DNA of 23,121 nt from Bacteroidia bacterium. GTDB taxonomy: Bacteria; Bacteroidota; Bacteroidia; Bacteroidales; VadinHA17. Positions 16,712 to 23,121 of this stretch are shown here, one piece after another. Under the pieces are notes generated by a model, which saw only the letters and a list, made by a program, of their open reading frames with translations, was not told the DNA's origin and made no database searches. The translations under genes were made by a program, and so were the position numbers. The DNA is taken from positions 1 to 23,121 of the forward strand of contig JAPLDX010000020.1 in the NCBI GenBank assembly GCA_026391215.1, written 5' to 3'. Numbering within the stretch: position 1 is the stretch's first letter; every line of letters begins with the position of its first letter.

Positions 16712-19401
16712 TAGTGAGGAAGCGAGCGGCTATTATTTCTGTTATTCTACTTATTTCCGGTCTGGCAACCCTGGGATATTTCCTCTATGAAGGGCGAAAG
16801 ACTTTTTTTACCGATCCTTATAAGGCTGTTGCCCCCACAGCTTCATTTGTCATAGAAACTATTGACCTTCAAAGCTTTATTAATTCTCTTACAACAGGCA
16901 AGGGCTTGTTCGGTGAAGTCTCAAGAGTAAAGGAATTCGATATTTTCAACAAAAAAATGAAATTCCTGACCGATCAGCTGAATAATGCAGCATATAAAAA
17001 GCTGATAACCGGCGGTCCGGCAATCATTTCCTTCTATAAGCCAGAAACAGGCAAGCTTCAGCCTCTATTGACCATGGCTGTCCCGGCCGAGATCCGGATC
17101 AGACAGCTCAGGGTAATACTGCGGCAGGCAGGCGTAAAAACTATAGATGAAATGAGCGTTCAGGGCAATAGCATCCTGACGCTTCCGTTTACTATTGACA
17201 ACCAGAAGGGAACTGTTTTTATCTCAATTATATCAGGACTGCTTATCTGCAGTTCCTCTGAAGAGATTATGATAAACGCAATTGAACAAACCGGAAGGGA
17301 TAATGATATCAGAAATGTTCCTGGTTTTTCAAGAGTGCTTGAGGCATCCGGGAAAAATGAGGATAAGGTTTTTGTGGTTTTCAGCAATCTTCCGGGGTTG
17401 TTCAGGTCTGTCTTCAATGAAGAATATTCCTCAACAGCTCAGAAAATAGGATCCCTGGCAGGATGTGCTGAAGGAGACTTCTATCTTAATGACAACGGAC
17501 TGGTGCTTAGCGGGTATACTGAAAGTACAAAAACGACTGAAATACTGTATAAATATAAGGCAGGCAAGGTTGGTGTGTTCAGGACATATAAGATACTGCC
17601 GTCTTCCACGGTACTTTTTGAATCACTTTTTCTGAATGAAGAAAATTCTCCGGGAAAGAATGGTAACACTGTTTTTATAAAGGCCTCAGATCTGGCTTCC
17701 AAACTCCGTGAATATACCGGGGATGAGGTGACCAAGGCATACATCGATATTAAAGAAAGGCCTGCAAATGAGAATATTGTGATTATTTATGAGCTTAAAT
17801 ACCGTGCATATGCCGAGAAGATCTTTCTTGACGAATTTTCAAAGGAAACAGGAAAAACAAATATCCTTTATTTCCAGCCTGATGAACAGATAAAGATCCC
17901 GGTTTTTGTGACACCGTACAGAGGATTCTCAGAGGCAATGCTTCCTGGTTTCATAAAAGATTTCGATGATTCGTATTTCGCTTTTTATGATAATTTCCTG
18001 ATCACAGGCAGTTCATATATCACTGTTTCTAGGCTTTTATATGATAATCTGCTGAATAAAACCCTGGCAAACGACCTGATATACAGGGATTTTGAAAGCA
18101 CTCTTCCCACTGTTGCCGGATATTATTTCTATTGCGTCCCTGCACGCATTACAGATTACATTAAGGATTTCCTTAGTGAGGATCTGATGGAATTATTGCA
18201 GTCGAACAAAGCTTCACTTGAAAAGATCCAGGCAGCCGGATACCAGTTCACATCCAGCAACGATATGATGTACAACAGCTTATCTGTCCGTTTTAAAGAG
18301 GAAGCAAGAGAAGTATCAACAACTGAATGGGAGACATTGCTTGATACAGTCGCCGCTATTAAACCATTCTTTTTTACAAATCATACCACCGGTGCGAAGG
18401 AGATTTTCATTCAGGATCTGAAGAACAATGCATACCTTATAAACGCTGCAGGAAGAGTTCTCTGGAAAGTGCCTCTCAGGGAAAAGATAAGTGGTACGGT
18501 ATTTATAATAGATTATTTCGGGAACAGCAAATATCAGCTGCTTTTTTCCGGAACTAATTACCTTCACCTCCTTGACAGGAATGGCAATTACGTGGAAAGA
18601 TATCCAGTAAAGCTCAGGTCGCCTGCGACTAATTCCCTGGCCCTGTTTGACTATGATAACAACCTCAATTACAGGCTGCTGATAGCCGGTGAGGACAGGA
18701 TGATATATGCCTATGACAGGAGCGGCAGTGTTGTAAAAGGCTGGAATCCGTTCAGGACCAGCGGTACGGTGAATGCGGAAATCAGCTGGTGCCGGGTTTC
18801 CGGGAAAGACTACCTGGTTGTTTCCGATATTTCTTCAATTTATTTTCTAGACCGTGCAGGCAATGTCAGACTGCGTCTAAGTGAACCTGTGACTAAGGCC
18901 GGAAGATCATCATTAAGGTTATCTTCCGGGACCAGTCCTTCGCTGGTCTGCACATCCCCCGAAGGCACCATTCAGCATATATATTTTGACGGAAGCGTGA
19001 AAAAGTTCACTTTAAGGACGTTTTCGGTTGACCATGCATTTGATTTTTTTGACGTAGACGGGGATGGTTTTGGCGAATATATTTTTATTGATAAAGGTAT
19101 ATTGTATCTTTATGATCATAACAGAACCGAAATGTTCAGCAGGGAATTCGGCTCAGCGGCGCTCGGGGGTCCGATAAATTTTGTTTTTTCAGCTTCCGAC
19201 AGAAAAATCGGTGTTTTTGACATTAATAAAAACCTGATTTATCTGATTGACAAAAACGGAAAGACGATGAGCGGTTTTCCTTTAAAAGGGGCCTCGATGT
19301 TCTCAATCGGGAAGCTGTCGGAAAAAAGCGGCTGGCATCTCATTGTAGGCGGCACCGACAGGTTCCTGTACAATTACAGGTTGGATACGGAGAATAAATG
19401 A
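16708..19401 (+). CDS. Large membrane-anchored protein (DUF3352-like N-terminal part, C-terminal FG-GAP/PQQ-like beta-propeller)
   Basis: N-terminal TM anchor. Repeated motifs IDYFGNSKYQLLF, FDYDNNLNYRLLI and FDVDGDGFGEYIF, plus 'G..v.g(W/F/Y)P' blades. ATGA overlap with the upstream gene. Confidence 0.7.
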   Translation: MIVRKRAAIISVILLISGLATLGYFLYEGRKTFFTDPYKAVAPTASFVIETIDLQSFINSLTTGKGLFGEVSRVKEFDIFNKKMKFLTDQLNNAAYKKLITGGPAIISFYKPETGKLQPLLTMAVPAEIRIRQLRVILRQAGVKTIDEMSVQGNSILTLPFTIDNQKGTVFISIISGLLICSSSEEIMINAIEQTGRDNDIRNVPGFSRVLEASGKNEDKVFVVFSNLPGLFRSVFNEEYSSTAQKIGSLAGCAEGDFYLNDNGLVLSGYTESTKTTEILYKYKAGKVGVFRTYKILPSSTVLFESLFLNEENSPGKNGNTVFIKASDLASKLREYTGDEVTKAYIDIKERPANENIVIIYELKYRAYAEKIFLDEFSKETGKTNILYFQPDEQIKIPVFVTPYRGFSEAMLPGFIKDFDDSYFAFYDNFLITGSSYITVSRLLYDNLLNKTLANDLIYRDFESTLPTVAGYYFYCVPARITDYIKDFLSEDLMELLQSNKASLEKIQAAGYQFTSSNDMMYNSLSVRFKEEAREVSTTEWETLLDTVAAIKPFFFTNHTTGAKEIFIQDLKNNAYLINAAGRVLWKVPLREKISGTVFIIDYFGNSKYQLLFSGTNYLHLLDRNGNYVERYPVKLRSPATNSLALFDYDNNLNYRLLIAGEDRMIYAYDRSGSVVKGWNPFRTSGTVNAEISWCRVSGKDYLVVSDISSIYFLDRAGNVRLRLSEPVTKAGRSSLRLSSGTSPSLVCTSPEGTIQHIYFDGSVKKFTLRTFSVDHAFDFFDVDGDGFGEYIFIDKGILYLYDHNRTEMFSREFGSAALGGPINFVFSASDRKIGVFDINKNLIYLIDKNGKTMSGFPLKGASMFSIGKLSEKSGWHLIVGGTDRFLYNYRLDTENK

Positions 19402-19409
19402 TTCCGGGT

Positions 19410-21545
19410 ATGAAAAGAAAATTATCTGTTTTTATTTTAGCGGCGGCGCTTGTTGCCATAGCAGGATGTGTCAAGGAGACTTATGAGATAGATAAGTTTT
19501 CAAAACAAGCTCATCTGATGCCGGGTTTTGGCGTCTCTGTGTTACAGGGAAACATCACCCTCAGCGATTTTGTTGAACCAAACGACACAATAGTTTTTGA
19601 CTCAGATACTGTATTTATTTATGATGACAATGTTGTCAGCTTTGTCTTCAGAAAAGATTCCATTATCAATTTCAGGCTTGAAGATTATTATGACATCAAT
19701 GATATGTTATCGCACAGCGATTCCTTTGAGGTTGGTGAGTTAAGCCTTGATCCCTTCCAGAGTAAGATAAGCTATACTCTCAGACAAATTGTTGATTTCT
19801 TCTCTCCTGCAGTAAGAGCACAGTTTGTCGTTCTTGACGGGGCCACAGCAAATTTCCCATCCTTTCCTCCTACCAGTCTTGGCGAAATAACTTATACAGC
19901 ATTTAATAATTTTAAGTATGCCACCTTCTCGGAGGGCTCCCTTGAAATTTCTGTTAAAAATAATCTTCCTGCGGCACTACAGGGATTAAGCATACGACTT
20001 TTCAATTCTTCAGATCATTCACAGGTTGGCGACGAGATGATAATTTCCACTATTAATTCCGGACAAACCGGAACAGGAAGTATAAATCTGGCAAATCTGA
20101 CGGTGACAAATCAGCTTATTGCCGCCATTGTGCTTTCCGGCAGTCCGGGCACTTCATCACCCGTGAATATTGACCTTGATGATAACAATATAGAGGTCAC
20201 TGTTGCAGGAAAAGACCTGATCGTCAGATCCGGCATGGTCGTTTTGCCTGTCCAGGATATTTTATCTCTTGACGAGGATGACACAGTTTCCATTGATCCC
20301 GGCAATGATATTGAAATAAGCCTTATTAAAATACTTACAGGCGACCTTATTTACGATGTAAATGCAATGTCTCCGGTAACAGCTTCATTATCTATAACTC
20401 TGCCTGCATCTGAGCGTAACAGCGCGCCAATCTCTGAAAGCATAACTGTTTATCCGGACTCTGCTATCTCCGGGAAAATTCCACTTTCTAATTCAACCAT
20501 TGACCTTGGAACCGTGACTTCAAAGCCGTACAATATGCTTCCAATTCATTATAGCGTTGATGTAAGCTCAAATGGCGAAATGGTTGACTTCAACAGTACT
20601 GATCAGGTTATTCTTGATCTGAAGCTGATCGATCCTGAGATTGATTATGTAAAAGGCTATTTCGGGCAGTATGGCGATACAATTGATACTGATACCCTTG
20701 ACCTGGGAATAGAAGATATCCTTAAAGATGTATCGGGCAGTTTCCTGGTCTCAAGCCCGTCAGTCAGGCTTAACTATTCCAACTCATTTGCCATTCCCGT
20801 TGAAATAGACCTGAACGTTGTGGGATACAGGTCGGATGACAGTGTTGATCTTGATCTTGATCCTATAACGCTCAACTCTCCTGCTGCTCCGTCTGAACGT
20901 ATTAAAAATGGCATCCTTACTGTTGACAAAAATAATTCACAGCTTCCGGAGATCATTTCACTTCCTCCTGAAAAGATACTTTTTGGAGGTTCTGCTGTTG
21001 TGAATCCTGATGGCAATACAGGCACCAGGGATAACTATATTTTCGGCGACAGCCGTTTTCTAGGAGATCTTGAAGTAGAGGTCCCTCTCGAGTTCAGGCT
21101 TAATAACCTTCATTTTGCGGATACTCTGGACAATCCGGTACAGGATGAAGATTTCAGCGACAGCCCGATTAATCCTGAAGATATTGAAACCCTTAAAATA
21201 CTTATGGATATAGAGAACGGTTTCCCGCTTGGCATATCCCTGAGTGTGAGCCTGTATGATTCGACGACACACTCCATAAAAAGCACAGTCAATGCGGCTG
21301 ATATCCTTGCACCTGCAACTGTTGACGCCAACGGACGCGTCACAACACCTGCTCAATGCTCAACCGAAATTGCGCTGACAAAGGATTTCTGGAATTGGAT
21401 AAATGATACGGATAAGATCATTATCGGTATCACTCTTGTTACTACCGACGGAGGAACTAAAGATGTTAAGATATATTCGGATTACTACCTGGATTATAAA
21501 GCAGCTCTTTTCGTAAAACCGGATATCAAATTTAGTTTTGAATGA
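19410..21545 (+). CDS. Lipoprotein with repeated beta-sandwich-like modules, function unknown
   Basis: MKRKLSVFILAAALVAIAG-C lipobox; acidic, beta-rich sequence. Alternative start ATG 19398 overlaps the upstream stop. Confidence 0.75.
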   Translation: MKRKLSVFILAAALVAIAGCVKETYEIDKFSKQAHLMPGFGVSVLQGNITLSDFVEPNDTIVFDSDTVFIYDDNVVSFVFRKDSIINFRLEDYYDINDMLSHSDSFEVGELSLDPFQSKISYTLRQIVDFFSPAVRAQFVVLDGATANFPSFPPTSLGEITYTAFNNFKYATFSEGSLEISVKNNLPAALQGLSIRLFNSSDHSQVGDEMIISTINSGQTGTGSINLANLTVTNQLIAAIVLSGSPGTSSPVNIDLDDNNIEVTVAGKDLIVRSGMVVLPVQDILSLDEDDTVSIDPGNDIEISLIKILTGDLIYDVNAMSPVTASLSITLPASERNSAPISESITVYPDSAISGKIPLSNSTIDLGTVTSKPYNMLPIHYSVDVSSNGEMVDFNSTDQVILDLKLIDPEIDYVKGYFGQYGDTIDTDTLDLGIEDILKDVSGSFLVSSPSVRLNYSNSFAIPVEIDLNVVGYRSDDSVDLDLDPITLNSPAAPSERIKNGILTVDKNNSQLPEIISLPPEKILFGGSAVVNPDGNTGTRDNYIFGDSRFLGDLEVEVPLEFRLNNLHFADTLDNPVQDEDFSDSPINPEDIETLKILMDIENGFPLGISLSVSLYDSTTHSIKSTVNAADILAPATVDANGRVTTPAQCSTEIALTKDFWNWINDTDKIIIGITLVTTDGGTKDVKIYSDYYLDYKAALFVKPDIKFSFE

Positions 21546-21564
21546 ACTTCAATAAAATGATTAT

Positions 21565-23103
21565 ATGATCAGGAGATTCAAATATATTATGTTAATGCTG
21601 CTGGCTGCGGTGGTTTATGATTCCTCGGCCCAGAACAGCCAGGTCCTTTATTATATGAACCTGCCGCAGAGGCATTTTCTTAACCCCGCGCTCCGGCCTA
21701 CAAATTCAGTCTATATAGGTTTGCCGGTGATCTCAGGGATCAATCTCAACATCAATAATAATTTTTTCAATTTCTCTGATTTAGTTTCGAAGAGCGGCGA
21801 TTCGCTGATCACAATTCTTCATCCTGACTATGATATTAATAACTTCATTGCAAAGATCCGGGATGTAAATGCCATTGAGCCGCAGGTTCTGGTCCAGCTT
21901 TTTGGTCTTGGTTTCAATGCCGGGAAGGATCTTTATATTTTCTTTGATGTTAATGAACGGGTTGAGGCAAATTTTGCGCTGCCGGGAGATATATTAAAAC
22001 TTGCCTTTCAGGGAAATGAACAATTTATTGGAAATAAGATTGATCTGTCATCCCTGAGAACTGATGTAATGTGGTACCGTGAGGCAGGATTGGGGTTTTC
22101 AAAGAACATTACCAATAATTTCCGGATCGGGGCAAAAGCAAAATTGCTTTTTGGAATGGCAACGGTTTCAACAGATATCAGATCTCTTGGTATTACAGTT
22201 AATGATGATTACGGCCATGTTTTTGATGCCGATATGACAGTAAATTTCAGCGCCCCCCTGGATGTTGTTATGGGCACTGACAACACGATTGAAGATTTTA
22301 CATTTGATGACTCAAAATTTGATGGTACCCGCAACATAATAGATTACATCCTTAAACCCGGAAATATGGGCCTGGGCCTTGATGTCGGCGCTGAATATAC
22401 CATTTTCGACAGGCTGAGGGTATCTGCATCTGTTACCGACCTGGGCTATATTAAATGGAAAAGAGATATAACTAACCTGAAGGCAAAGAGCTATTTTGAT
22501 TTCACCGGTATCGATCTGATGGATATGTACAACAGAGAGATTTCAATTGATTCCCTGGGAGCGGAAATTCTTGATTCGCTCATGAATTCATTTTCGGCCA
22601 CCTCAGATGATACTCCTTTTACAACATACCTTCCATTTGGTGTTTCTGCGGGAGCGAGCTTTGAACTTACTAAAAGTCTTACTCTCGGAGTTTTATCATA
22701 TACAAGATTCATTGGGAAACAGATCAAAGAAGCCCTGACCTTTTCTGCCAATATAAACCTTGGTAATGCCTTGTCCACAACTCTTTCATATACTGCCGCA
22801 AACAACAGGTATGATAACCTTGGTTTCGGACTGGCAACGAGGGGAACTATTTTCCAGTTCTATTTCCTGGCTGACAGGCTCCCTGTGACATGGAACAAGA
22901 TTGTTTCTGCTGATTTTGAAACTCCCCGACCCGTGAGTAAGCTTTTTGGAGAAAATTCCATTCCTATCCCTGCCAGCTGGAATACCATACATTTCAGATT
23001 CGGAATGAATCTTGCCTTCGGAAATAAGCTGAAAAAGAAAAATGACAAACCGATGGTTGTCATTCCGGAACAGCTGAAAGAAAAACAGCTGAAAGGAAAA
23101 TGA
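21565..23103 (+). CDS. DUF5723-like outer-membrane beta-barrel protein
   Basis: Sec signal (SSA-Q). Motifs LNPA, YREAGLGFSK, IGAKAKLLFG, GLGLDVGAEY, SVTDLGYIKW, and a terminal strand FRFGMNLAFG; amphipathic beta-strands throughout. Confidence 0.75.
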   Translation: MIRRFKYIMLMLLAAVVYDSSAQNSQVLYYMNLPQRHFLNPALRPTNSVYIGLPVISGINLNINNNFFNFSDLVSKSGDSLITILHPDYDINNFIAKIRDVNAIEPQVLVQLFGLGFNAGKDLYIFFDVNERVEANFALPGDILKLAFQGNEQFIGNKIDLSSLRTDVMWYREAGLGFSKNITNNFRIGAKAKLLFGMATVSTDIRSLGITVNDDYGHVFDADMTVNFSAPLDVVMGTDNTIEDFTFDDSKFDGTRNIIDYILKPGNMGLGLDVGAEYTIFDRLRVSASVTDLGYIKWKRDITNLKAKSYFDFTGIDLMDMYNREISIDSLGAEILDSLMNSFSATSDDTPFTTYLPFGVSAGASFELTKSLTLGVLSYTRFIGKQIKEALTFSANINLGNALSTTLSYTAANNRYDNLGFGLATRGTIFQFYFLADRLPVTWNKIVSADFETPRPVSKLFGENSIPIPASWNTIHFRFGMNLAFGNKLKKKNDKPMVVIPEQLKEKQLKGK

Positions 23104-23121
23104 TCCTTTTGCTACGATTTA

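Overview
Chromosomal, mostly housekeeping region of a Bacteroidota genome, probably Bacteroidales. The assignment rests on TAnnTTTG -7 promoter motifs, AT-rich leaders without a Shine-Dalgarno sequence, and GldA-, DUF4296- and DUF5723-like genes. Gene order: metF (3' part, +); metK (-) with an upstream SAM-II-type riboswitch; GldA-like ABC ATPase and a two-domain USP (-); asnS-rpoN-membrane protein (+); a long minus-strand run (rbfA, class I methyltransferase, LolC/E-FtsX permease, DUF4296-like lipoprotein, amidohydrolase, radical SAM enzyme, glycosyltransferase); then trpS, a Tat-signal fucose-isomerase-like protein, a large membrane-anchored beta-propeller protein, a multi-repeat lipoprotein and a DUF5723-like outer-membrane protein (+). 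The most notable signals are non-coding. (1) A candidate sigma54-dependent small RNA of about 70 nt on the minus strand between trpS and the isomerase-like gene, with a -24/-12 promoter, an internal hairpin and an intrinsic terminator. (2) Two REP/REPIN-like inverted hairpin doublets, one with a nested insertion and one with a tandem duplication of its arm. (3) A SAM-II aptamer lying well upstream of the metK start codon. No CRISPR array, tRNA, rRNA or transposase was seen. Family names come from motif recognition, not database searches.
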